A stretch of DNA of 64,000 bases from Octopus bimaculoides (taxonomy: Eukaryota). The position numbers were made by a program, and so were the translations under genes. This document shows, one piece after another, positions 26,849-39,164 of this stretch (position 1 is the stretch's first letter; each line of letters opens with the position of its first letter). The notes under the pieces were generated by a model that worked only from the letters and a program-made list of their open reading frames with translations, did no database searches and was not told where the DNA came from. Location: the NCBI RefSeq assembly GCF_001194135.2, contig NC_068985.1, positions 16,831,861-16,895,860 on the forward strand, given 5' to 3'.

Positions 26849-27520
26849 TTTACATTAAGTATGATACACAGAGAGCTGTGTATTTTAATCTAATACTGCT
26901 TCTGTTGCATATAACTAACACACACACACACACACATATATATATATGTGCAGATAACCTGCAGATGTATAAGGATTAAACACACATTGGCACACATTAA
27001 GTGTATCTAATACACAAGAGAAACAGATGGTAGTGTGAACAAGTTATTTGTCAGCCTTGATCAAGCAGAGTTATCAAAAATATTTCAGTCATGAACACCC
27101 TGATGCAATGTGCTACATATTTTCAAAAATGGAAAGGTATATGATTTAAGAGATCTGGCTACTATTTCAAGTAGGTCAACAGACCACATAGGCATTACCT
27201 CAGCCTAGGTGGATGGCGTACCAAGTATGAAGACAACCCAGCTGAGAGGTGGCCAGTTTGTATCATGACACTGGAACAGCAATGTGATGAAACATATGAC
27301 AGGAAATTTGAAAAGACCTAAAACTTTTCTTTTCAGAATGGAAAAATAGATGGTGCTAAAAAATATAAAAATAAAACAAAATAGAAAAGTCATGTGACTG
27401 AAAATCATTTTTTAATGAACGAAATGGTTGTCTTTCATGTAAGATCCACAGTTATTTTTACCCAATTACTATCAACAGGGATTTACGAAAGCTGGTTACA
27501 GAGCCATGGGTAGGCTGGCT

Positions 27521-27530
27521 TTCCGGAAGT
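27521..27530. promoter_or_regulatory. ETS-type motif (TTCCGGAAGT) in a small CpG-containing patch; candidate promoter
   Basis: CCGGAAGT is the ETS consensus common at housekeeping promoters, and CpGs are locally enriched at 27480-27545. A single motif is weak evidence. Confidence 0.3.
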
Positions 27531-27609
27531 TGAACTACCCGTTGTTTTGTTTTCTATATCTTTAATAAAAAATATAGAATGAACCAATTCTGCAGCAGGT
27601 GAAAAAAAA

Positions 27610-27659
27610 AAAAAAAGTTATATATGTTTGTATGTGTGCATATGTATATGTATTATGTA

Positions 27660-27703
<44 letters not shown>

Positions 27704-27727
27704 TATATATATATATATATATCTTAT
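27610..27727. repeat. (TA)n/(TG)n/(CA)n compound microsatellite
   Basis: Direct reading. Confidence 0.85.
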
Positions 27728-29997
27728 NNNNNNNNNNAAGGGGCTATTTTTATGGGGAAAAAATGCAAAAACTTCATAAAGTTTTGAATAGCTATAAACT
27801 GCACAACCTAATAAAGCTCAGTTTTTTTTTTCTTTTCAATTTGAACATCTCTACCAGAAAAGTTACTCAGTAGAAATAGGGGTTAGTTAAGGAAGATTAG
27901 CTAACCCTTGACCCGGAAAAATTGACCAAGTGTTAAACAAAATTGGTCTTAGCTGATGATGACAATGACATCAAGGACAGCAGTTGATGCTATTTCTTTT
28001 GCCAAGATTTTTTAATTCAACTTTGAAAATTATATTTTGAAATTTTTTGACTAGTTTCACTCCAAATGATTGGTTTGGGGGACTCATTTCAAGAACAGTT
28101 TTACAAAGGGCAAATCTACTCATATGTTTGGGGAAATAGCACCTCAGAACAATAAGGCCAATATATATGCTTGAGAAGTGAAGGCAGGCATTTCAGTTAT
28201 AAAGATACTAATCAAACAATTCATATGCATAAGTGAAATAGTTGAAACTCTTTCTATGCTAACAAATAATTATTATTATTTAATAATACAGATGAAAATA
28301 ATTGTTTTATCAATTTGGAAGTTATATTAAAGCCCTTATAGTTTTTTTTTTTTTGTTGAAATTTTGTTCAATAGTCTATTCAAAGATACCAAATATATAT
28401 TTAAAGAAAACATATATTTAAATCATTAATTAAATTTTAAGTTACCTTAGATAATTAATGAACAAAGGGTTCAATGAAAAGAAATAAGATAATGGCTTAT
28501 TATTAGTCAATTTTCATACATTATACTTTATCTATCACAGATAATGGCAAGCAGTAGGAAAGTTTTCAAAATCTTTTCTGATTTCTAAGAAAATCCTAAA
28601 AATTATTCCCAAATATGTTGTTTGTATGTTTTGTGAATGGAACTTTCAATCAACTAGGGGCAAAATCTATTTATAAAGATTTCATAAACTTAAATCTGTT
28701 TTGGTTTTTCTATCCACATAATAAATAATTTCAGATTGATAACATTTTCCATGTTTTTAGAGTTTAAAATATCCCAAAATATTACTAAAAAAAGCTAAAG
28801 TAAATTAAAAAAAAAAATAAAGATTAAAAATCTGTTTTCTCAATCATATTTGAATATAGAAATAATAATTCCTTACATAGCACATGGCCATGACTTTAAT
28901 TCAAGAGAGGATGGAATAGTCTGGGATATTGAATCCAGCATTTGACAAGTTCTTTATTATATCAACCCCAGAAGGATGAAAAGTGAAGTCGACTTCACTA
29001 AGATTTGAACTCACAACATAAAGGGATTGCAAACTAAATACAGTAGGCATTTTGTCCAATGCTCTACTGATATGCCAATCTGTTACCCTAGTAATAATAA
29101 TAATAAATCCTTAATGAAACAACCAATAAATCAAAGATATTAAAACTGAACATAATTCAGCAGTAAAAATACAGGATAAAAATATTGTAACACCTGCTTA
29201 TTATTGTAAGTAATGGAATACACTGGAACCTTTTGTAGTCACAGTGGCATTGACAACTACAAGTTATGTATATGATATAAAGATCAGTGAAAGTTTATAT
29301 CACATTACTACAAAACCATTCACTGATTTAGTGAGGGGAAGGGATAAGTAAATAAGCCCTAATGCACATTATCTCATTATCTTTGAAAAGTTCTTTTTCT
29401 GGTTGGAAGATAGGAAATACAAAAATTTCAATTTTTTTTTAAAGCATTTCTTTTTTTTTTTCTTTATTATTATTAATTTTTTTTTTAAACTTTTTCCTTT
29501 CAATTATGTGTGTAAGTAAAGATTGAAATATTGCAGTCATTGCAATAGAAGCAATCCACAAATTTCAAGCAGGCCAAACTCTTCGGCATCAAGAATGTTT
29601 CTAAGGTGTTATCATCCATAGTAAATCTAGCCAAAGAATAAGAATACTTGATAAGTTATTTTCTTGTGCTGTCCTTTTTTTTAATTTTTTTTTAATTTTT
29701 TTATTTTTGGCAATGTTTCTATTCTTTAGAATTCTGAATGCCACATTTAGTAGTTCCATCTATTGTTACCAATTACTCATTAAAAAGGAGATAAAATATT
29801 AGTTTATAATGTGAAAGGAGCAGAAAGAAAATAGTTATATTGTCACAATATAAGTTATTGCATTGGAAATATACAGTTGTCTGATATAATTGATAAGTGA
29901 GGAGGCCAAAGCATACTACGGACAGTCAGCTTTAGAAAGGAGAGACTAGATTGTAGTTCAGTTAAAGTCTCAAACAACTAAAAAGATTAAGATCTGT

Positions 29998-30097
29998 TCA
30001 GTCTCTGTCTGCTTCAATAATTAAGTTTGGATGTAGAGCTTGGATTTTCTCTAGATTCTTCACTCGTTTGCACCCGTACAAATGTAGAGTTGTCAAT
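29998..30097 (-). CDS. F-box/LRR protein, terminal exon ((R)LTTLHLYGCKRVKNLEKIQALHPNLIIEADRD*)
   Basis: Acceptor aatttccag|, phase 2 matches the previous exon, LxxLxLxGC repeat, TGA at 30000-29998. Confidence 0.9.
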
Positions 30098-30357
30098 CTG
30101 GAAATTTAAAGAGAAATATCACAACTGGTCAAAATAGTTTTCAACTGGAATGTTCTGGAAAGATTTAAATAAAAGAGAAAACCAAACTACCCATTTTAAT
30201 TATCTCACATCATTCTAAAAACAGACTGAAAATGTTTAAAACAATTGTTTGTGGAACCGGTTTGTAATTTTAGCTAAGTAGATACTAACCGAATTAGAAT
30301 CTTAATCTAATGCTGATTAACTCTTGAAATGAACAACCAGGTAAATATTTTCCAGCA

Positions 30358-30399
<42 letters not shown>

Positions 30400-30689
30400 C
30401 TTCTAGTTTTTGTGATGTTAGGTCAAAAGTAGCTTTTAATTTATTTGGTATATTGCATCATTAGAGCAGAGAAAAATATCAAGGTACTAAAATCTATGAA
30501 ATAAACAAATCATATAAATAACTTGGATTTTTATGGCATAATCATTAAACAATTTCCCAGCTCATCTAAGAACCACAATTATCTAAGATCAAACCTCAGT
30601 CTATCACCATAGCTTCTTAAGCATGCCATTGTCTTTATCATTTGATACCATCTCACAAAAGTTCTACACAATAATGCAGTCACATCTTG

Positions 30690-31160
30690 TTTTACTTGTT
30701 TCAGTATATAACCTGTGGCCATACTGAGGTAACTCCTTGAAGAATTTTAGTTGAGTGAATCAAACCCTGTGCTTCCGTTCTTTTTTTTTTTTTTTTTTTT
30801 TTTTTTNNNNNNNNNNCAAACCCTGTGCTTCCGTTCTTTTTTTTTTTTTTTTTTTTTTTTAAGCCTGGTACTTATTCTATTGGTCTCTTTTGTCAAACCA
30901 TTAAATTACTGGGATGTAAAGACACCAACACTGGTTGTCAAGCAGCGGTGGGGGACAATCACAGTCACAAAGATGTACACAACACACACACACCTTATAT
31001 ATACGACAGGCTTCTATCACTTCTTATCTACCAAATCCACCCACAAAGCTTTGGTTGGTCTGAGGTTATAGTAGTAGACATTTGCCCAAGGTGCCATACA
31101 GTGGGACTGGACCCAGAACCATGTGGCTGGGAAGCAAATTTCTTGCCACACAGCCACTTC
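30690..31160 (-). mobile_element. SINE family A copy (spans a small gap)
   Basis: Family motifs in reverse orientation. Confidence 0.75.
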
Positions 31161-31365
31161 TAAATAGTTGTCTTCAATACCCAGTCACTCCTTCAATTTA
31201 ATGACAATTAATATTATTCATATGTAGGGCTTACAGCTCTACAATCGTCAGGTAAATGCAAATTCAGTTGCTCAAGACTGGAAATCTAATCACTCAAAAC
31301 ATACAGAAATCATGAAAGACATACAGAGAAATTTTAGAAGGCGAAAAATTAATTACAATACTAAC

Positions 31366-31476
31366 CTTTTACAACTATTAGTGAGTTTTGTTAGACTGGT
31401 CTCAGTAATTCCAGTAATAAAATTAAGTTTTAAAGTTTCAAGATCATTTGATCCCTGTTCAGCTAGTCTGCATATA
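31366..31476 (-). CDS. F-box/LRR exon ((S)ICRLAEQGSNDLETLKLNFITGITETSLTKLTNSCK)
   Basis: ttttaaaatag| ... AAG|gttagt; 111 nt, phase 2-2; LRR pattern. Confidence 0.9.
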
Positions 31477-31644
31477 CTATTTTAAAAAGATAAAGAACGA
31501 AAATACAAAAAGAAAATAAATAAAAATGAAATATTAAAAATACTGACACAAAATTAATGCAATAATCCCATATTAAAGAATATAATAGATCATATTAATT
31601 CTTAAAATTTTATTTATTTCACAAAGTATTTTCATAATTCGGCC

Positions 31645-31861
31645 ATTGCCAGTACCGCCTGACTGGCCTTCGTGCCGGTGGCACGTAAAAGCACCCACTA
31701 CACTCTTGGAGTGGTTGGTGTTAGGAAGAGTATCCAGCTGTAGAAACTCTGCCAAATCAGATTGGCTCCTGGTGTAGCCACCTGGTCCACCAGTCCTCAG
31801 TCAAATCGTCCAACCCATGCTAGCATGGAAAGCAGACGTTAAACGATGATGATGATGATTT
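31645..31861 (+). mobile_element. SINE-like family B 3' part
   Basis: Family B body ending in (GAT)n. Confidence 0.8.
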
Positions 31862-32411
31862 TCAAACACCTGTTCTTTTACATAATTTCAGTTTTTTGAG
31901 AAAATGATGCTTATAATACACCACTCGATAAACTCTTATTTTTTTATAATCACTATGTGAAACAGTTTGAAGAAAGTAAATTGAACATTTTGATACATAA
32001 AATCTATATATGTACAACAGGCTTCCAGAGTTTCTGTCAGCCAAATTCACTCATAAAGCATTGGTTGGCCCAGAGCTATAGAAGACACTTGCCCAAGGTG
32101 CTGCACTTTGGGACCGAACCTGAAACCACAAGGCTGTAAAGTGATTTTCTTAACCACACAGTCATACCTGTATCTATAAAATTTTAAACACTTTTACGTT
32201 GCTTTTTCAAACTTGTGGTTTATGAAGTATATCATTAGTTTCATTCAAAGTGCTGTTTGCATTAATGGCTTACAAAGATCCAAATAATGAAATCAATCAT
32301 ACTTTTGTAATTTTTATGAGAAACAGATATTATTCAGATATGATTAATTAAGCCTAAGGAAGCATTCACTTTATATTACAAAAATCTTTCAATGATGGTT
32401 AAAATTATTAC

Positions 32412-32528
32412 CTTTTGTATGTGCAGCCTGTAGAACTGATATCTAAATAAACAAGCTGGCGACAGTTAGTAGCTAATCGATTCACACTCTCATCTGTGAT
32501 TAGCTTGCAGCCACAAACATCAATACTC
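32412..32528 (-). CDS. F-box/LRR exon ((R)SIDVCGCKLITDESVNRLATNCRQLVYLDISSTGCTYK)
   Basis: ttcccccttctag| ... AAG|gtaata; 117 nt, phase 2-2; cysteine-containing LRR. Confidence 0.93.
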
Positions 32529-32790
32529 CTAGAAGGGGGAAAATGACAAGAGCAACAATTTAAATGAGCAACATAAGACTATGTTTGGAGATAGAAACAA
32601 TCACTTGGAACATGATAATTCAAGAATCTTTCAAAACAATTGTTCTATCTGAAGAGTTATCAGACCTTGATGTTTCATCTAACTTAAGGATTCCATTTAA
32701 GTAGTGGAAATATTTTAAAAAAGTTTAGTAATTATAAAGAATAAATTCAAATAAAAATGATCTGAAAATAATAACATCATCTAAATATTT

Positions 32791-33090
32791 ACATTTGACG
32801 GATATTTGTCCTCATCTTGTTTGTTAACATGTTTCAGCTGATATACCCTCTGGCCTTCATCAGGCATCTTGGGGAAATTTCAAACCTGGGTTCTCATTCC
32901 TAAAGTATTTGTCAAACTCAGAATTTTGGGGTTAGTAGCCCGCGCTCTTAAACACTATGCCATATGCTCGTGGTGAAGGCTGGAGAGTATATCAGCCAAA
33001 ACATTGTGTTAACAACAAACAAGATGAGGACAAATATCCGTCAATTGTAAATAATGTACATAATCCCTCATCTCTTAAATATAGAACTGT
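32791..33090 (-). mobile_element. tRNA-headed SINE with hammerhead-like tail and inverted terminal duplication (family E, copy 1)
   Basis: Minus strand: tRNA-like head (tggcatagtgtttaagagcgcGGG-CTACTAA-CCC), then CTGATGAaggc...agctGAAAC at 32863-32831. Inverted tail copy on the right. Flanking repeat atctaaatattt at 32779-32790 and 33094-33105. Confidence 0.75.
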
Positions 33091-33679
33091 ATTATCTAAA
33101 TATTTGCTTTGGGAAATTTCCTAAACTATTGTCTGATTAAATGTAATTTGTCATTTTTTTACATTGACAGAAGACATGCATTGTAGAGTAGGGAAAAAGT
33201 CTACTGAATAAAGTCAAGTTTATGACTGCAACTAATTTCATCTATCTTATATGGATGAATGCAGAATACAGAGGAATGAAACTACAAGATATTTTAGCTC
33301 ATATATATAACGACGATGATATTGATTTAATTATTTTGATACATTAATTATGTTAGAAAGCTGATGGTCTTTAATGAAACAGAAAGTCATTAGTGAAAAG
33401 TAAACTTTGGAAATTGGTGGTGAAGTTAAATATTTATATTTTAGTCCACTAATTAATTTTGTTATCTAACTCCTCTTTTCATATCATTTTAAAAACGTAT
33501 CTATTTAAATTAAACAAGGATAAACTTATTTTCAGTTGACTGACTCAGTTATCCGAATCAGAGGCTGTTAGTTGTATGTGAATGTGTGTGGATTAGCCAG
33601 GTTGATAGTTTTTGACAACCAAACGAGAATCCTATTTCAAAATACGAAGTTCATAGAATGATAAAGATCAATATTCTTT

Positions 33680-33890
33680 TCTATACTATGCATAAGTCCC
33701 GAAATTTTTGGGGAAGAAGCCAGTCAATTAGATCGACCCCAGTACACAACTGATACTTAATTTATTGACCCCGAAAGGATGCAATGCAAATTCGACCTTG
33801 GTGGAATTTGAACTCAGAACGTAAAGACAGACAAAATACCGCTAAGCATTTTGCCTGGCATGCTAATGTTTCTGCCAGTTCGCCAGTTTA
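33680..33890 (-). mobile_element. SINE family D copy
   Basis: Same head and body as 17077-17310. Confidence 0.8.
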
Positions 33891-34442
33891 AAGTAGGACC
33901 TCAAAGTGGTACCATTTCAATAAAGCAGTACCAGTAGTTGTTAGTGGAACTGCAGCGTGGTACAGATCACAATTGTAAGTTCTAGCAGCACTATTAAATT
34001 GACAAGTGTCCTATTAGCTGGCAGTGTTGAATTCAACTCCCCCAACACATCAAATCCTGTCAAATTATTCAACCCATGCCAGAATGGAAGCTGGTTATTA
34101 AATAATGAAGATGTACTTATGAACATAAAGTCAATTATTTGACAGTGTATGGAGCCCTTAGATTCAAACAGCCCTTGTATTCTTATTTTATTGACTCAAA
34201 GGATGACAGACAAAGCGAGCATATCAAGATTTGAACTTGGGGCATGTATCTCAATTCTGCAAAGCATTTTGCTCAACATACTAACATCTCTATGAATCCA
34301 TCACCCAACTTAATATGTATTGTTTGTCTAACCACTATGTTCACTCAATCAGTTAATGCTTTACAAATGGAACATCAGACAACTTCCAAAGTTTGAAAAA
34401 AATTTTTGTAATTGTGTATAAATTTATGTCAAAATGACTTAC

Positions 34443-34570
34443 CGGATACCTGGAAGAGTGGAAGCTATCTTTTGCATAGCATTGTTACTAATATTTGGAC
34501 AATTGGCCAATGCTAAAGTGTGTAACCGGGAACAGTTAGCAACAATCTTTTCAATACAACTATCTTTGAT
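34443..34570 (-). CDS. F-box/LRR exon (IKDSCIEKIVANCSRLHTLALANCPNISNNAMQKIASTLPGI)
   Basis: tttgtttcag| ... CCG|gtaagt; 128 nt, phase 0-2. Confidence 0.93.
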
Positions 34571-35368
34571 CTGAAACAAAAAGAAATAAACAAATAAAAT
34601 TAAATAATTCCTCATCATTAAATTTTTATGATGGAATATTATTCCTACTGATGAGTAAAAAATAATGTAAAGATAGATGAAAATAATTTTGATATGTATT
34701 TATATTTGTTGTTTAACTCCAGGTCATCTTCAAGCCTTTGATCAAAGATATTCTAGCTGTAATTACCCTTTTTTTTACTAATTATATTTAAAAGTTAACT
34801 TTCTTTTATTATTACCATTGTATGATTTGAAGCAGATTTGGTTATTACCTTTAATAGGTCAAGTGATCATGTAGGGGTTAGCTTATATTACTACTAGTAA
34901 TTACAGATGTCTTTAGTATTTCTTTTACCTGAACTGTATTGAGCCACACAGACATGAGAATCTACACAGTCACCTAACCTGCAAGAAATAGTAACCAAAT
35001 TTCCTCCAAGCCAAACCCTATCATCTTATAAAGGAAACATCAGATAATTTGAGCCCTTACCGCCACCATAAATATGCCTTAAAAAATGAGATAGTCATCA
35101 CTGGAATGTCCCTTAATCAAGTTCTGTTTAATTAAGACTAACTTAAGGCTAAACGAATAACTTATAGACGTTTCTGAATCCCAGATACTTTATTTCTTTA
35201 GAGAAAACTGAAATTACAATCATGTCAAGTTGATTGCCAATAAAAAGTGTAGGATAAAGTTTTATTTCTAAGGCTTTCCAATAAAGTTATAACCTAGCAA
35301 AACAAATTTAAATTTCTATGCGAGTGCAATAATCTAAAGTCACATAAAAAAAAAGAAAAAGTTATTAC

Positions 35369-35446
35369 CTGCTTACAACCCCTGAGATCCAAGTTTTGAA
35401 CGCAGCATAAACTACTTGATACTTCAGCAATGCAGGAATCTGTCAG
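35369..35446 (-). CDS. F-box/LRR exon (LTDSCIAEVSSSLCCVQNLDLRGCKQ)
   Basis: ttgtattgcttag| ... CAG|gtaata; 78 nt, phase 0-0. Confidence 0.92.
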
Positions 35447-36650
35447 CTAAGCAATACAAATCAATAATATCAATTAGAACCATTATATCTAATAATGCCA
35501 ATGTATTCCATATTCTGTACAAATAGATCATGAAGTACCTTGAAACAGCAAAGAAAACAACATACCATGATCATCCCCATATACAACAAATCTTTTTTGT
35601 GTTTCTTCAAGAAACATACATTCTTGAAAGACAGTTGTAAATGAGTGTTCTCATTAAAAACACTTTAATTAAAAAAAAAATAGAAAAGTAATTCTGATAG
35701 GCAACTAAAATAAAAAAGAAAAATGAAAAGGTTTGCCATTGTGCAAGTGTAGCACATTTCTCAATGTGAAATACTAGTTAATGTTCATAATATATACATT
35801 AAAATTAAGCATAAGCAACTGAATGTACAAAGGCTGCATGCAGCCCTTTAGGAATTTTTGTATGGCAAATGTAACATGATTATATTAATATTTCATCAAA
35901 ATTATAAAAGAGACAATTTCATTTCTTTGTCTTTCTCAAAATATCTGTATAAATGTTTGGTGATGCTTATCAGTCCCTCATGGCTTGTAGTTAAGAAAAG
36001 CTTACTTCCCAACCACATGATACCCAGTTCAATCCCACTGTGTGATATCTTGGAAAAGTGTCTGCCATTATTGTCCCAGGATGACCAAAGACTTGAGAAT
36101 GGATTTGGTACACAGAAACTGAACGAAGCCTGTCATATATGCTTATGTGTGTGTGTATTTCCTATCTTGACATCACATGATGGTTATTAAGGAAATATAA
36201 GTGGTTTTGTTCATTTCTTTCCAATATTCCATGAAAACTGTCTGGCCATGCGGAGATATTACTTCGCTTGGAAACCAGTGAGAGTTGGCATTTGGAAGAA
36301 AATCTGCTTCATAAAATTTTATTTAACTTATGCAAACATGGAAAAGTGAATGTTAAATTACTCTTTTAAAGGTTTGGTTCAATTTATGATGGGTAATATA
36401 TCTCACAGAAAACTTAAGCCCGTATCAGTATATATTTAAGGTTGTAGTTTCTCTTGGCAAATCATGGGCAACAACTCTTACCAAAAGTTTCACTGTTTGG
36501 TTCTACCAGTGGGCTTTATTTATTTATTTTTTTCCTGTCTCATAATTTCCTTTCGATTTCTCTTCTGGTAAGAGTGTAGTTGAAACCATCATCGTATTGT
36601 TTACATATGGCTGCAAATAAGCAGTCTACTGTAAAACTGGTAAATTAATG

Positions 36651-36683
<33 letters not shown>

Positions 36684-37030
36684 NNNNNNNNNNCTATCTA
36701 GTGAATGGTCTCATAAAACTGGGTAACATTTTGTGAAGATTTTTGGGGGTTTTAATAACTAGTATATTACTCTACGTTTGGTACTTGACTATTTTTTCCA
36801 CCTTGCTTTGCATTTATGTGCAAACTTGTGTACACACACACACGCACACACACAGTTCAAACATTTCCTACAGAGTTGCTGAACTTGATCTGAGCGAACA
36901 AAAACTTTTAATTATAACCATTCTTCTCTAAACAGTTACCATTTTACAGCAAGTTTGAAATATGTTTGAAGCACATTGAATGTGATTTTTCATGCATCTC
37001 TTAAGACACAGAATAAAAGACGAACATTAC

Positions 37031-37142
37031 CTTATAACATTGTCCTAGCTGTAAGGTGCGTAGATTAGTGCATACACTAGCAAGGTGCCGGATTCCTCGA
37101 GAAGTGATGTTAAAACAGCCAAACATTTCTAATTCTTGTAAG
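37031..37142 (-). CDS. F-box/LRR exon ((S)LQELEMFGCFNITSRGIRHLASVCTNLRTLQLGQCYK)
   Basis: ttttcacatttcag| ... AAG|gtaatg; 112 nt, phase 2-0. Confidence 0.94.
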
Positions 37143-37540
37143 CTGAAATGTGAAAAAAAAAAACCATAAAAAAAACTTGATACATTTCAACAATTGCATA
37201 CTGTTTTTAAAACCAAATGACAATTTCAATAACTAGTAATCTGTGTATTTTAAACCTACATCAAAAACAACCCCAATTAGTCATATACTTAGAATATTTT
37301 TAAATAATTAGTTGATCATGGCAACATTAAATTTACAGATCCACATTTTAATTTAAAAGCACACACACACACACACAAAAAGACGTTTTCATTATATAGA
37401 TTTTAATAAATAAAATAAACTTTTGAAAGCAATTTTTTTAAAATTCTCAACTTCTAAATTAATTGAGATAAACACAATATACAGAAAAAAAAAATTGAAT
37501 TCAACATAAGCAATTTGAAAAAAGAATAACTCTTGCCCAC

Positions 37541-37621
37541 CTTTCCGAATGTTTCGATACCAGTATTTTCAACCCATTGTCTGACATCAATCCACAACCA
37601 TTTAAGCATAAACTTTCCAAC
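37541..37621 (-). CDS. F-box/LRR exon ((R)LESLCLNGCGLMSDNGLKILVSKHSE)
   Basis: tatgatttcag| ... AAG|gtgggc; 81 nt, phase 2-2. Confidence 0.92.
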
Positions 37622-38029
37622 CTGAAATCATAAATTTGACATCCAATTCCATTTGTATCAGACTGAAAAACGTCTTGTTCACTTGCTTCTTCTTGGCTGT
37701 TAATTCAAGGTCACTTTGCTATAATCACATTTATTTATTAATACAGACAGTTCTTGAAACTCATCTCAATCATATAACCTGTATTTACTTTCTTCATTCT
37801 AAAATGTCTTAAAAGTGCCTCCATTGTGAGAATGTTAATTTAATTGAAGGTATTTTCACTTGGCCCTAAGTGAGAATTCCCCAACCATCATACTACCTTC
37901 TCTTTAGGGGCAGAAAACAGACACCAAACAACCCAAATGCCACAAACTCTCCTCTCCTTAAGTGCAAAACTTCAGAACTGCTGCTGTCAACATTAGCATG
38001 GAAAATACAATATTTATGGCGATGACTAC

Positions 38030-38428
38030 TTACCGAGACCTTTGGAAATGTGCTGTGCGTGAGAAGACCCGGCAAGCCAAGTAAGATCGTTGCCAGTACT
38101 GCCTGACTGGCTTCCGTAGGATTTTCGAGCGAGATCGTTGCCAGTGCCCCTGGACTGGCTTGTGCGGGTGGCACATAAAAGACACCATTTCGAGCGTGGC
38201 CGTTGCCAGTATCGCCTGACTGGCCTTCGTGCAGGTGACACGTAAAAGCACCCACTACACTCTCTGAGTGGTTGGCGTTAGGAAGGGCATCCAGCTGTAG
38301 AAACTCTGCCAAATTTAGATTGGAGCCTGGTGTTGCCATCCGGTTTCACCAGTCCTCAGTCAAGTCGTCCAACCCATGCTAGCATGGAAAGCGGACGTTA
38401 AACGATGATGATGATGATGATGATAAAT
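38030..38428 (+). mobile_element. SINE-like family B copy
   Basis: Full body with (GAT)n tail; closely similar to 40665-40969. Confidence 0.85.
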
Positions 38429-38539
38429 GATAGTTTAATTTCATTTGAAGATTTTCAATCAGCCTTTCATATTCACTTAGGTTAAAGACTGTACAAAATT
38501 AAAACATTTGCATGAATTACTAAAACAGGTATTTTTACA

Positions 38540-38800
38540 TTGGTAAGCGATGGGAGGTAGCCAGGAGAGATTGTTGAGCTGCAAGAGCAGAAGTGAGTAG
38601 ATATGTGCTGTGTACAAGAGGAAATATGGAGAGTAATCTAAGCCAGGCTACCCATGGACAAAGAAAAGCTGAACAAATTCTCTGGAAGAGTAACAGCAAT
38701 CAAATTGATAGAGAAATGGACAGATAAAGTAGTTGAAGAAATCAGAGTATGTGACAAAATAACAAAGGTTAGGCGAGTTATAGGCACCACTACAGGCTGA
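38540..38800 (+). mobile_element. Decayed RTE-type LINE fragment (AP endonuclease region)
   Basis: Frames read GEIVELQ...VDMCCVQE and EKWTDKVVEEIRVCDKITKVRRVI, matching RTE APE motifs (vdicclQE; ekWvdkVieV.RvcdRI), with stops. Confidence 0.65.
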
Positions 38801-38879
38801 AGGAAAATTTGAATAACACTATTTGTAATTCAAAGGGTCAGTCTTGTCACATACATACAGTGCTATGTAACTGAGTTTG

Positions 38880-39160
38880 AGTTTGATCAATAAGTATCCA
38901 GACTGTTGCCATAGTAACGAAGCTAAAGCCAGCAGAGTGAAGCTGTTTGGAAAAATTCTGCTGTGCATGTGCACTAAGTTTTAACGTTCTAGCTCACTTC
39001 TACTGCTTACAGCAGTGCTTGGTAGGAAGGTGTGTAGCATGTGATTATATTGGCGATACCTGCTCAGAGGCCTACACAAAGTTGCAGAAAGTGTATGGAG
39101 AGGCATGTATGAGTCACACACGAGTGTATGAGTGTTTCAGATGTTTCCAAGATGGCTGAA
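38880..39160 (+). mobile_element. Mariner-type DNA transposon 5' fragment (HTH region)
   Basis: GDTCSEAYTKLQKVYGEACMSHTRVYECFRCFQDG fits the mariner N-terminal HTH (..AYGeecMSrtqVYEWfkRFKdG). The upstream tcaataagtatcc resembles a mariner terminal sequence. Truncated by a GA-rich tract and gap. Confidence 0.75.
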
Positions 39161-39164
39161 AAGG

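Noticed and set aside
30761-30860. Tandem duplication of caaaccctgtgcttccgttc(T)n
   Set aside because: The two identical copies sit on either side of a 10-N gap, typical of a contig-overlap artefact.
37893-37985. Possible extra LRR exon (SSSEVLHLRRGEFVAFGLFGVCFLPLKR)
   Set aside because: Exons 39578-39729 and 37541-37621 already join in phase with correct LRR spacing; this segment fits the repeat poorly.
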